From: Candidatus Acidiferrales bacterium
GTDB taxonomy: Bacteria > Acidobacteriota > Terriglobia > Acidiferrales > UBA7541
Assembly (NCBI GenBank): GCA_049281095.1
Contig: JBAPRL010000082.1
Span: 1,298-65,297 of the forward strand
Length of the DNA stretch: 64,000 nucleotides
Direction: 5' to 3'
Both the position numbers and the translations under genes were made by a program. Under the pieces are notes generated by a model. It was not told where the DNA came from. It did not search any database and saw only the letters and a program-made list of their open reading frames with translations. Positions 45,421 to 54,135 of the stretch are shown in pieces (position 1 is the first letter of the stretch; each line of letters opens with the position of its first letter).

Positions 45421-45471
45421 TTGTCAGGAGGCATGGCGCGACACCTATTCTCCGTTAGAATTGCACGTTTG

Positions 45472-46278
45472 TCACTTGCGCGGCTCGAACATGCTGGCAG
45501 CCACGCGGCTGACCAAACTGCGAGGCGCGAGCCTTTGGCCTTCGACGCTCATGGTGTTCTTGAAACCCGAGATTACGCTGCTCTTCCCCGCGGCGAGGGC
45601 GCGCAGGCCGGTTCGCGCGACCTTCTCGGCCGTCTCGGCGCCGCGAAACGTGCGCTCCGGCTGGCCGGCGACTTCGCGAAATTCGGTGCTGGTCGAGCCG
45701 GGACAAAGCGCGCAGACGTGCACGCCGGAGCGTCGCACTTCCTCGGCAATGCCTTCGGCGAAGCGCAAATCGAAGGCCTTGGTGGCGGCGTAGGTGGAAA
45801 CGTACGGCACGGCCTGGAATCCAGCGACGGAGGCCACAATGAGAATGTCGCCGTGGCGGCGGGCCACCATATCGCCTAAGTAAAGATGCGTGAGATGTAC
45901 CACAGCGGTGCAGTTGACCTGAATCATTTCCAACTGCCACGCGAGATCCGCTTCGTGGAATCGTCCGTAGGAGCCGAATCCGGCGTTGTTGATGAGAAGC
46001 TCGATCTCGAGAGACTTGTCCTGGGTGAATGTGCGGATCAGTCCGGGAGTGCCGGGTTTCGCCAAATCGGCAGGCAGAACTTCCACGTTGATGCCGCAGT
46101 TGGCGCGCAGGCGGCTGGCCAGGGATTCGAGGCGGTCCTTGCGCCGGGCGGTGATGACCAGATTTGTGCCCGCGGAGGCGAGCACCTCGGCCAAGGCAAG
46201 CCCAATTCCGGCGCTGGCACCGGTTACCAGGGCCCACTTGCCGGACCATCTTGCCGAGAATGCGCTCTTGGGGTTCAT
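45472..46278 (-). CDS. SDR family oxidoreductase
   Basis: Motifs: WALVTGASAGIGLALA, NNAGFG, YAATKAF. Confidence 0.85.
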   Translation of the reverse strand: MNPKSAFSARWSGKWALVTGASAGIGLALAEVLASAGTNLVITARRKDRLESLASRLRANCGINVEVLPADLAKPGTPGLIRTFTQDKSLEIELLINNAGFGSYGRFHEADLAWQLEMIQVNCTAVVHLTHLYLGDMVARRHGDILIVASVAGFQAVPYVSTYAATKAFDLRFAEGIAEEVRRSGVHVCALCPGSTSTEFREVAGQPERTFRGAETAEKVARTGLRALAAGKSSVISGFKNTMSVEGQRLAPRSLVSRVAASMFEPRK

Positions 46279-46418
46279 CTCCGGAGCCCTCAGTCCGCAA
46301 AACTAGAAGGCCATGAAAACACAGCAAAGGCGTTGCTGAACAGAGGAAAAAACAGTGAAATGGGCCAAAGTAGCCGAATCAATGAAAATTCGTAGGGGTT
46401 TCCAAAAATGGAAGCCGG

Positions 46419-46670
46419 TCAGGTGCCGCGGGCGTGGCAGCGGCTGAGGACGAAGTCCCGAAGGCGAACGCCTTCCCGCTTCATGCGGTCGAGCAGACGG
46501 CGGGCCCAGATGAAGTCGACGGCCAGCAGGCCAAGACCCAGCAGAATGACCAGCCAGCCTGGTCCAGGGCCTACCAGCAACACTACGCCGACAGCCAGGA
46601 GCGCGAATCCGCCAGAAATCCGGAGGGCTCGGCGTGTGTGCTGCAACGTCTTGAAGAAAAAGAGTGACAT
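46419..46670 (-). CDS. PGPGW-motif small membrane protein
   Basis: The sequence GGFALLAVGVVLLVGPGPGWLVILLGLGLLAVDFIWARRLL matches the PGPGW transmembrane family. The start is trimmed to MSLFFFK; the upstream ORF-track part is Cys/Ser-rich junk. Confidence 0.6.
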   Translation of the reverse strand: MSLFFFKTLQHTRRALRISGGFALLAVGVVLLVGPGPGWLVILLGLGLLAVDFIWARRLLDRMKREGVRLRDFVLSRCHARGT

Positions 46671-46904
46671 GGCTATTTGTTTACCATCCGTTCCATTTGG
46701 AGATGCCGAGGTGAAACTGAGCCTGCATTTCCGACACCCTTTTAGATGCACTGCCACACTGCAAGAGAGCACGCAAACAGCCAAATCGCAGCGGCTCGCG
46801 CGCGCTGCAAACCCCGCATTGCTAATCGTTTCGCGTTCGGAGGCCAGCGGGGCGAGAGGGTAGATGCGCACAATGGGAAAGAAACTACTCGCGGAGGTGA
46901 AAAA

Positions 46905-47000
46905 ATGGGCATAATCGCGGGGGATGCCAGGAGCGGGGCGCTTGGATTTCTTGCCAAGGAAGGGTTCGAAGTCACCGGATTTGCCGGTTGCGCGGCTTAG
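46905..47000 (+). CDS. candidate 31-aa small ORF upstream of the YqaA-like gene
   Basis: Strong SD GGAGGTG with 5 nt to the ATG (the GGAGG core is 7 nt upstream). Peptide MGIIAGDARSGALGFLAKEGFEVTGFAGCAA. There is no homology support. Confidence 0.25.
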   Translation: MGIIAGDARSGALGFLAKEGFEVTGFAGCAA

Positions 47001-47055
47001 TTCACGCAGCCTCGGTCGGGGACAGAAATGCGCGTGAGGAAGACCTACTAACGGT

Positions 47056-47697
47056 ATGCTCGCTCGGATACTCGTCGCGTTAGCAGCGCCAACAACGGAG
47101 CGGAAGATATGGGTTTGGCTGTATCACCTGGGCGGGCCGGGGCTGATTGTCCTGGGACTGGTGGACAGCTCGGTGATTCCGATTCCCGGGAGTATGGACG
47201 CGCTCACGATCGTTCTCGCCGCGCATCACCGGCAACCGTGGCCGTATTACGCGGCCATGGCAACATTCGGTTCCGTTTTGGGAGGTTACATCACGTTCCG
47301 GCTGGCTCGAAATCAGGGAAAGGAGCGGCTAAAGAAAACGCTGCAGCGCGGGTGGAAAAGAACAGCCACTGACTTTTTCAAGAAATGGCGCTTCTGGGCC
47401 ATCGCTGTGCCGGCGATCTTGCCGCCACCGATTCCCATGGTGCCCTTTATTGTGGCAGCGGGCGCCACGGACTACTCCTGGAAGCGGTTTGTCGGAGCGA
47501 TGACCCTTGGCCGCGTAATTCGCTATGGCATTCTTGCGTATCTCGGCAATCTATACGGCAGGCGGATCATTTCGGTTTTTTCAAGGTACGGCTGGCCCAT
47601 TCTTTACGGACTGATCGCCCTCGCCATTATCAGCGGGCTGACCGGTTTTATCGTGAGCCGGTCTGAAAATGGCAGAGCCAGGGCCAAGGCGGCTTAG
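47056..47697 (+). CDS. YqaA/DedA-related (SNARE-associated) membrane protein
   Basis: Motifs: GGPGLIVLGLVDSSVIPIPGSMDAL, GSVLGGYITFRLARNQG; multi-TM. Confidence 0.75.
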   Translation: MLARILVALAAPTTERKIWVWLYHLGGPGLIVLGLVDSSVIPIPGSMDALTIVLAAHHRQPWPYYAAMATFGSVLGGYITFRLARNQGKERLKKTLQRGWKRTATDFFKKWRFWAIAVPAILPPPIPMVPFIVAAGATDYSWKRFVGAMTLGRVIRYGILAYLGNLYGRRIISVFSRYGWPILYGLIALAIISGLTGFIVSRSENGRARAKAA

Positions 47698-47753
47698 TGG
47701 AGCGAGATCTCAGTATCTACGCGACTACGAGCCCGTGTTCTTGCGCAAGAGAA

Positions 47754-47843
47754 TGGCGGAGAGGGTGGGATTTGAACCCACGGTAGGATTTCTCCTACAC
47801 ACGCTTTCCAAGCGTGCTCCTTAAGCCGCTCGGACACCTCTCC
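47754..47843 (-). tRNA. tRNA-Ser (anticodon GGA)
   Basis: The reverse complement folds as a cloverleaf. Acceptor GGAGAGG/CCTCTCC, anticodon stem CACGC/GCGTG with loop TTGGAAA, a long variable arm GTAGGA/TCCTAC, a TTCAAAT T-loop, and an encoded CCA. Confidence 0.9.
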
Positions 47844-47960
47844 TCGGCGGATATGCAAGAGCGTAGCAGATCGATCGCCGGGCAGCAATCGCATCGCGCC
47901 GCTTTCGATGGGAAGAATAGCGCGCAAGCCGACAATTCATTATAATTCTTGGGCTCCGCT

Positions 47961-48035
47961 TCCGGGGTAGTGCAATTGGTAGCACGCCAGCCTTTGGAGC
48001 TGGTTATCCTGGTTCGAGTCCAGGCCCCGGAGCCA
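47961..48035 (+). tRNA. tRNA-Gln (anticodon TTG)
   Basis: Acceptor TCCGGGG/CCCCGGA, D-arm GTGC-AATTGGTA-GCAC, anticodon stem CCAGC/GCTGG with loop CTTTGGA, T-arm CCTGG-TTCGAGT-CCAGG, and an encoded CCA. Confidence 0.9.
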
Positions 48036-48160
48036 ACTTCAAGCTGTTGTAACGCGCTAAATCGAGCAACGCTATTTCTGCTGTTTTCCCTGGCAAGATT
48101 CGCCCGCTGCTTTGCACGCTGACTGCTTGCGGGCCCGAGAGCGCAGAGAAAAATCCGCAC

Positions 48161-48199
48161 AAGAAAAAACCCTGGATTCCCTCGCGGGAATCCAGGGTT
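48161..48199 (-). terminator. rho-independent terminator of the TonB-dependent receptor gene
   Basis: A perfect 14-bp stem (aaccctggattccc / gggaatccagggtt) with loop tcgc. On the minus strand it is followed by TTTTTTcTTg. Confidence 0.75.
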
Positions 48200-48220
48200 G
48201 ACAGAGTAATGGATTTTCGT

Positions 48221-51200
48221 TTAGAACGAAACGCGGAGCCCCAGTTCGATCCAGCGAGCGCTGTTGGTGCGGTTATTGGGAACGAATGTGTTGGTGATCT
48301 CGCCGAAGGCCGACGGGTTCTCCAAACTGAGGAACGGGCTTGCGAAGTTCACGTTGTTGAACACGTTGAGGAACTGGGCGGAGAAATCAGCCGAAATGCC
48401 TTCCTTGATCTTGGTTGATTTGCCGACCGCCATGTCCATGTTCCACATTCCCAATCCGCGGAGAGGATTGCCCGAGCCGTCACGACCATCCGTTGCAAGG
48501 TTAATGTAACGGAAGTCTCCGAAAGCGGCCGCCGGGTTGGAGAAGACGTTGAGGCCCGTTCCGCCATTGGCCGGATCCGTGGCGGTACCAATGCCGCCCG
48601 AGCCAGTCACTCCGGAGTTGAGGCTGTTCTTCAGATTCGACGTTGGAACAGTTGGAATTGCCGGAACACCTGCACCGAGGATGGATGAAACACCCCAAGC
48701 GTCGGCGCTTTCGGTGACGGTATTCGGAAGGCCGGAATAAGCCTCGAAAATACCGGACCAATACCATCCGCTCACGGCCCTGTCGAGCCCATTGCTCAGA
48801 TGGAACCGGTGTCCCGTGCCGAAGGGAAGCTGATAGACATAGTCGGCGGTGAACAGGTCCCGGCGGTCATATAGAGAGGGACCGTAACTGGCATCCGGGT
48901 TGAAGGCGTTGAGGAAATAGCCGGCGTTGTCTTGGTTAACGAGCGACTCATCGAGAGACTTGGAGTAGGTGTAGTTGACTTGGAAAGTCAACCCCGCCGA
49001 AGTCTTTTTCTGCAAGCTGACGATGAAGGCGTTGTAATTGGAGGTGCCCTCGTAAGTGCGCAGGACGGAGACCTGGTTTTGCAGGTTGTCATAGGGCGTC
49101 AAGCCTTGCCCGAACCGGTATAGATCCATCTGCTCGAACAAGCTCTGAACGTCGCCATTGGCGAAATCGGACCCGAGTTGAGATATCAGGCACGCAGTAT
49201 TGCTTATGGTTGGCGTGGTTGTGCAGGTATTTGCCGCATATCCCGGCAACTGGTTCTCGAACCAAGGTTGCGCGTTAATAGTAGTAGCCCCCGCGCGCAA
49301 GCCACCGGCCACGGTGTCAAACGCCTGAGCGAAGCTTTCACCTGAGCCCGCATCCTTGAAAAAGTACGGAGCGTTGTCGATGTCCGCCGAAGTAGGGATG
49401 CGGGAAGCCATATTCCCAACGTAACCAACTTCCAGCAACATATTGCCCGGCAGCTCGCGCTGGATGTCCAGATCGAGGTTGGTGGAACGGCCAACCTTCA
49501 TATCGGGGTCATCCTGGAAGGAGATGAAATTCCCGAACGGGATGGTGGGTACAACCGGATTGGCCGCCGCTGGAACGACCGGCACAGCCATGGCTCCGTC
49601 CACTCCGACGCGAAAATCAGTAGCCCCGGGGTCGTTACAGACCGAGCCGCACCCGGGCGTGACTTCGGCAAGCGTTTGACCGAAACCCGCGCCGAGCATG
49701 GGAATCACGACGTTTTGGATGGTGTTCTCACGGTCATAGACCAAGGAGTAGCCGCCACGAATTACAGTCTTCTTGTCCCCCAAGAATCGACCGAGTAAGC
49801 CATCGCCAAAGCTTGGGTTCCAAGCAAAGGAAATGCGCGGGGCAAGGTTACCCCAATCGGTATTGAAGACGGGAGCATGCGCGGTATTGACAGGAACGTA
49901 GTCGGTTAGAGGGTTATAGATCTGGCCCTGGAGAGCAGCGGTCATTCTGGCGCTCATGTACGTCGGAGCGGTCAAGGCCTGCCCGGTGACGTCGTTGTCC
50001 AAAATGGTCTGGCGGCCCAAGGTGTCGACTGGCGCGCTCTGCCAGCCGTAGGCGAGCCCGTAGCTGATGGTCAGGGAGTTGGTCAACCGCCACACATCCT
50101 GACCGTAAAAATAGAATTGGTTCTCGGTGGTGTTGTTGCTCAGAGGGGTCCCAAACGGGAGCGGCTGCAAGCTTCCATTGCGAACGGCGAAGATGGACGT
50201 GTTGTCAATAAGGCCCAAGGAGCCGGCATAGAGTTGGTTCCATTGCGGCACTTCTCCGGCAGTCAGGCAATTTGTGACAATGGCCCCACCGCACGTGGGC
50301 GGTTCCTCGGAAGCCGGAATGGATAAGAAGGCGCCGGCACCGTCCACGCTATCCAACGTCGAGACCAAAGAAGTGATTCCACCGACCACGGTATCGGCAC
50401 GATCCGTGAGCAAGGGCAGGTGGCGATCGTCGGTACCGAACTCCAAGGTATGCTTGCCCCTGATCCAATCAATGTTGTCGGTGAACTGAAGGTTCTTCTG
50501 AAAGTAATCCTGGAAGCGCGCGTTGGTAGGGGTGTTGTCGATGGGCGCGGCAACCAAGGCTTCCGCTGGGTTAATGGCAATGAACGGATCGGAGGTGACA
50601 CCGGATGCTGTCTCCGGGAGATTGAACGCCGCCGCGGAGGTTGCCGGAGTCTCGACTTGGAAGTTCTCCCAATTGCGCACCCAGCCAAATCGGAACGTAT
50701 TGGTAAGAGAGGGCGTGAGCAAGGTGGTCAACTGCCCGGTCACCATTGCATCGCGAGTGGGGCTACTGTTGACGGCAGACGGGCTGCCATTGAGAATGCT
50801 GATTTGAGGATTCGGGTTACTGATGTCACGGTAATAAGTGTAGCTGCCGGAAAACCGCCACTTGTCGCTGAAATTGTGATCAAGGCGCAGGACGCCAAAG
50901 TCGGTAGTCAGCGGCGTGGAAACAGTTCCCCGGTAGCCGGTTTCGTTTAGGCCGTCGCCGCCAGCGGAGTTTCCGGTCGCAGGTTCCAAATTCCAAAACT
51001 GCTGAACAGTGGGGCTAATCCCTATTCCGCGGGGGTCACAGGGCAAACCTCCCACAGGACCGCAGGCCGTAGAAGTGGCCAAATTGTAAGTGTCAGTGTT
51101 GCCGGACGCGTCCTTAAACGTAAGAATGCCTGCCCGCAGGTTCGCGGTTGGAATGTCCCGCGTGAATGTGGAGGATTGTGGGAAGCGATTCAGCTCGTAA

Positions 51201-52108
51201 TTGGCAAAAATGAACGTCTTGTTCTTGAAGATGGGACCGCCAAAACGAGCGCCACCGAAATTGTCCACCAAATGAGGCTCGGATATGCCCGCGGAGTTCA
51301 GGTCCCAGGAATTTGCGTTCAGGGCGCTATTCTGGGTGTACCAGTAGACAGAGCCATGATACTGGTTGGTGCCGTGACGGCCGAGAAGGGCGATCTGTCC
51401 GCCCGAGCTGCGGCCGAAGGTGGCGTTCGGGGTGCTGACTCCGACGTTCAACTCCTCCACGCTATCGATATTGACGGGGACCCAAGTGCCGTCGCCCACG
51501 AGGTTGTCGCTGATGTCGACGCCATCAAGGGTATAGGTGTTCTGGTCATCCATGGCGCCGGAAAAGCGGGCGTCCGGCGTGGGAAACGCTCCGTTCCCCG
51601 GGGACACTGAGGGCTGGATCGTGATCAACTCGGTGGCTTGGTGATTGAGTGTGGGCAGCGCGTCCATTTCCTGACCCGTGACGGTGCCGCTGACTTGCGC
51701 CGTGGTGGTTTCCAGCTGGACATTGGCGCCGGCTTCGACGGTGACGGACTGACTCACCTGGCCGACCTGCAAAGTGACGTTCACCGTATAGCTCTTGGCG
51801 ATGTCCACCACGAGATTCTGCACGGTTCCGTTCTTGAAGCCTTCTTTCGAGACTACCACCGTGTACGTGCCAGGCGTGACTGTTGGAAACGTGTATTCGC
51901 CTGAGCCGTTGGCAGTGGCGGTCAACGAGACGGTTGTGGCCACGTTGGTCAACTTGACCGTAGCGCCTGGAACCGCGGCGCCGCTCGGGTCAATGACCGT
52001 GCCGACCACGGTAGAGGACGCCGATGTCTGGGCTTGAGCGCCCCTGGGAAGAACGAATCCTGCGATAAACACCAACAGACCAAATATTAGAATCAACCGT
52101 TGTTTCAC
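48221..52108 (-). CDS. TonB-dependent receptor with an N-terminal carboxypeptidase-regulatory-like domain
   Basis: The signal peptide is followed by VVGTVIDPSGAAVPGATVKLTNV (CarboxypepD_reg-like), a plug region and a very long beta-barrel ending in ...ARWIELGLRVSF (terminal aromatic residue). AGGAGG abuts the ORF-track GTG at 52117, so GTG 52108 (9-nt spacer) is the better start. Confidence 0.9.
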   Translation of the reverse strand: MKQRLILIFGLLVFIAGFVLPRGAQAQTSASSTVVGTVIDPSGAAVPGATVKLTNVATTVSLTATANGSGEYTFPTVTPGTYTVVVSKEGFKNGTVQNLVVDIAKSYTVNVTLQVGQVSQSVTVEAGANVQLETTTAQVSGTVTGQEMDALPTLNHQATELITIQPSVSPGNGAFPTPDARFSGAMDDQNTYTLDGVDISDNLVGDGTWVPVNIDSVEELNVGVSTPNATFGRSSGGQIALLGRHGTNQYHGSVYWYTQNSALNANSWDLNSAGISEPHLVDNFGGARFGGPIFKNKTFIFANYELNRFPQSSTFTRDIPTANLRAGILTFKDASGNTDTYNLATSTACGPVGGLPCDPRGIGISPTVQQFWNLEPATGNSAGGDGLNETGYRGTVSTPLTTDFGVLRLDHNFSDKWRFSGSYTYYRDISNPNPQISILNGSPSAVNSSPTRDAMVTGQLTTLLTPSLTNTFRFGWVRNWENFQVETPATSAAAFNLPETASGVTSDPFIAINPAEALVAAPIDNTPTNARFQDYFQKNLQFTDNIDWIRGKHTLEFGTDDRHLPLLTDRADTVVGGITSLVSTLDSVDGAGAFLSIPASEEPPTCGGAIVTNCLTAGEVPQWNQLYAGSLGLIDNTSIFAVRNGSLQPLPFGTPLSNNTTENQFYFYGQDVWRLTNSLTISYGLAYGWQSAPVDTLGRQTILDNDVTGQALTAPTYMSARMTAALQGQIYNPLTDYVPVNTAHAPVFNTDWGNLAPRISFAWNPSFGDGLLGRFLGDKKTVIRGGYSLVYDRENTIQNVVIPMLGAGFGQTLAEVTPGCGSVCNDPGATDFRVGVDGAMAVPVVPAAANPVVPTIPFGNFISFQDDPDMKVGRSTNLDLDIQRELPGNMLLEVGYVGNMASRIPTSADIDNAPYFFKDAGSGESFAQAFDTVAGGLRAGATTINAQPWFENQLPGYAANTCTTTPTISNTACLISQLGSDFANGDVQSLFEQMDLYRFGQGLTPYDNLQNQVSVLRTYEGTSNYNAFIVSLQKKTSAGLTFQVNYTYSKSLDESLVNQDNAGYFLNAFNPDASYGPSLYDRRDLFTADYVYQLPFGTGHRFHLSNGLDRAVSGWYWSGIFEAYSGLPNTVTESADAWGVSSILGAGVPAIPTVPTSNLKNSLNSGVTGSGGIGTATDPANGGTGLNVFSNPAAAFGDFRYINLATDGRDGSGNPLRGLGMWNMDMAVGKSTKIKEGISADFSAQFLNVFNNVNFASPFLSLENPSAFGEITNTFVPNNRTNSARWIELGLRVSF

Positions 52109-52250
52109 GAGTCGCACCCTCCTAGCTCAATTTTTCGCGCTGTCGATACCACCCAAAGCCGAGCCCTTAACCACACCCCGATACAGTATTCCACCGGAAA
52201 TAAGGGAGATATGTTTGCCCTAGTTAGACAACCCCGAAACGCTGGCGCAT

Positions 52251-52280
52251 TTTATAGTGCATTCGATCTATGAGTGTCAA
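52251..52280 (-). promoter_or_regulatory. candidate sigma-70-type promoter for the TonB-dependent receptor gene
   Basis: On the minus strand: TTGACA, an 18-nt spacer, then TATAAA (cttgacactcatagatcgaatgcactataaaatg). It lies about 140 nt upstream of the start codon. This is a motif match only. Confidence 0.25.
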
Positions 52281-52617
52281 GAAAACCGCCACGCTATACC
52301 CCTTAACAGTAACGACGCAATAGCCAGCAACATTCGCGCTTGGAGCCGAACTGCCTGGTCTGCTATGCACGCACAGCGCCGTCGTCGGGAACGACCCTTG
52401 CTGCGGTGAGTACACAGAAAACACGAGATTTACCGCCGTGGGAGCGCTGTGCAACGCGAATGCAGCGCACACGAAGAGTATGCATTTCCATATCTCTTTA
52501 CACTAAATCGTAGCCGTCAATTCACCGCTTGGTAACAGAACGTCTCCAAGCCCGCTGGCGGCCCGACGAGGTTTTCACAGACTGAGAGACTTGAGCGTGT
52601 AAAGAAGCCCTGACGGT

Positions 52618-53388
52618 TTGCTGGCGAAGGTTGCGTGCTTGTCTTCGCCGCAGCAGCGGCATACTCTATCGCGCAACGTGAACACAAACTTCGACACGCA
52701 ATTTTTGATGCTGGGCGTGATCTGGTACGTGGTGTTCTTGTTCTCGACGGTGTGCCACGAAGGGGCGCATGCACTCGTGGGGAAGTTGAGCGGCGATCCA
52801 ACGGCGTTCCACGGCGGCCAGGTCACGCTGAATCCGTGGCCGCACATCCGGCGCGAGCCGGTGGGAATGGTGGTCGTTCCGATTCTTTCCTACGTCTTCG
52901 CGCATTGGATGATGGGCTGGGCCAGCGCGCCCTACGATCCAACGTGGGCCCAGCGATACCCGCGACGCGCGGCGTGGATGGCGCTCGCGGGGCCAGGGGC
53001 GAATTTTCTGCTGATGCTTCTGGCAGCCATCGGCATTCACGTAGGAATGGCCATGGGAGCTTTTCGAGCGCCGGAGAGCGCTACGTTCACGCAGGTGACG
53101 CAGGCCACAGGAAGCGGAGCGCAATTGGCGGCGACAACGCTGAGCATTCTGTTTGTGTTGAATCTGCTGCTTGGGACTTTTAACCTGTTGCCATTCCCTC
53201 CGCTCGATGGACATAACGGCGTCACGATTCTCATGAGCCGTCGAGCCGCAGCGCGATTTGCGGGCAGCACGTTTGCAGGGCTTGGATTTGCCGGCCTGCT
53301 CATTGCCTGGTTCATTTATGACAAGTTGTTTCCGTACATATTTTCGATCGCATTGAACCTCCTCTATCCCGGGCTGCACTACGGCTGA
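52618..53388 (+). CDS. M50 (site-2 protease) family metallopeptidase
   Basis: HExxH within a TM helix (FSTVCHEGAHALVGKL), multi-TM, and a second motif region LLLGTFNLLPFPPLDG. The start is uncertain; GTG 52678 is possible. Confidence 0.75.
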   Translation: MLAKVACLSSPQQRHTLSRNVNTNFDTQFLMLGVIWYVVFLFSTVCHEGAHALVGKLSGDPTAFHGGQVTLNPWPHIRREPVGMVVVPILSYVFAHWMMGWASAPYDPTWAQRYPRRAAWMALAGPGANFLLMLLAAIGIHVGMAMGAFRAPESATFTQVTQATGSGAQLAATTLSILFVLNLLLGTFNLLPFPPLDGHNGVTILMSRRAAARFAGSTFAGLGFAGLLIAWFIYDKLFPYIFSIALNLLYPGLHYG

Positions 53389-53566
53389 AGAATCGCGGGC
53401 TATGCAGCCGAAGCAGCGCTGGACCAATCCAATACACGCGTTCTGATTTGAACGGAAATCGGCTGCCCGGCGTCAGCACCCGTGGGTAAACCCTTGCGGG
53501 TCAAGGCGCGGAGGCTTGCTCGTTTGGCCTTGCTCATGCTCTTCCCTGTCCTGGGGGATTAAACAG

Positions 53567-53908
53567 ATGGCTTCGCTGGACGCAGAACAAGCAAGCAAAA
53601 TTGCCGAGATTTCCGGTTGGGACACGGACGAGAATTTCTTCGTGGAGAAAGCCGTCCTTCACCGTCATCACAACGGCGACAATAAAGCGGATCTTCGAGC
53701 GCGGCTTCGCGTGGGTTCGCTGGTTTTTGTGCGCCTGGCCAGGGAAGCGTCCCTGGACCGCGCGGTCCCGGTGACTTATCAAGTCTCGGGCGTCAACGGA
53801 AACGTCAACAACGGCGCGCGCGAAGTGCGTCTCAGCCGGCTGCGCCCACAGGAAACGGCCGCGACGACACTGGTGGAATTTGCGTTTCGGGAAACCGCGC
53901 CAAATTGA
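53567..53908 (+). CDS. small PilZ-like protein with degenerate c-di-GMP motifs (paralog of 55748-56140)
   Basis: It aligns by eye with the downstream PilZ protein (IAEISGWDTDENFFVEKA versus IPIEVTGFDVDGKFFCEA; YQVSG versus YQVAR). It lacks RxxxR and DxSxxG. Confidence 0.5.
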   Translation: MASLDAEQASKIAEISGWDTDENFFVEKAVLHRHHNGDNKADLRARLRVGSLVFVRLAREASLDRAVPVTYQVSGVNGNVNNGAREVRLSRLRPQETAATTLVEFAFRETAPN

Positions 53909-54135
53909 GGCCCGCTCCGCCGGTAGAGTGCGTCCGTTTTGAAACCCGCAATTCGGAAATGGCAACGACCCCGATTTGGGATTTGAGGCTTCGCTCGGAC
54001 TGGCTCCTGAAAACTGTTTCGCCCGCAAGCCGGCCCTGCCAGCAATTCCTTTCTTACTAAGCATTTGTGGTTTGACTCCCTACCGGTATCCGCAAGAGCA
54101 CGCTGCGCTTCGGCGACGGCGCCCACGGTTGTTTT

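Noticed and set aside
52224-52472. 82-aa minus-strand ORF in the receptor/M50 divergent region
   Set aside because: It has no SD, an implausible composition, and overlaps the promoter-like motif. It is treated as noncoding.
52109-52520. Cobalamin or other riboswitch upstream of the TonB-dependent receptor
   Set aside because: I recognised no B12 box (GCCACTG-like) or other conserved riboswitch core on the coding strand. Only a promoter-like motif was noted.
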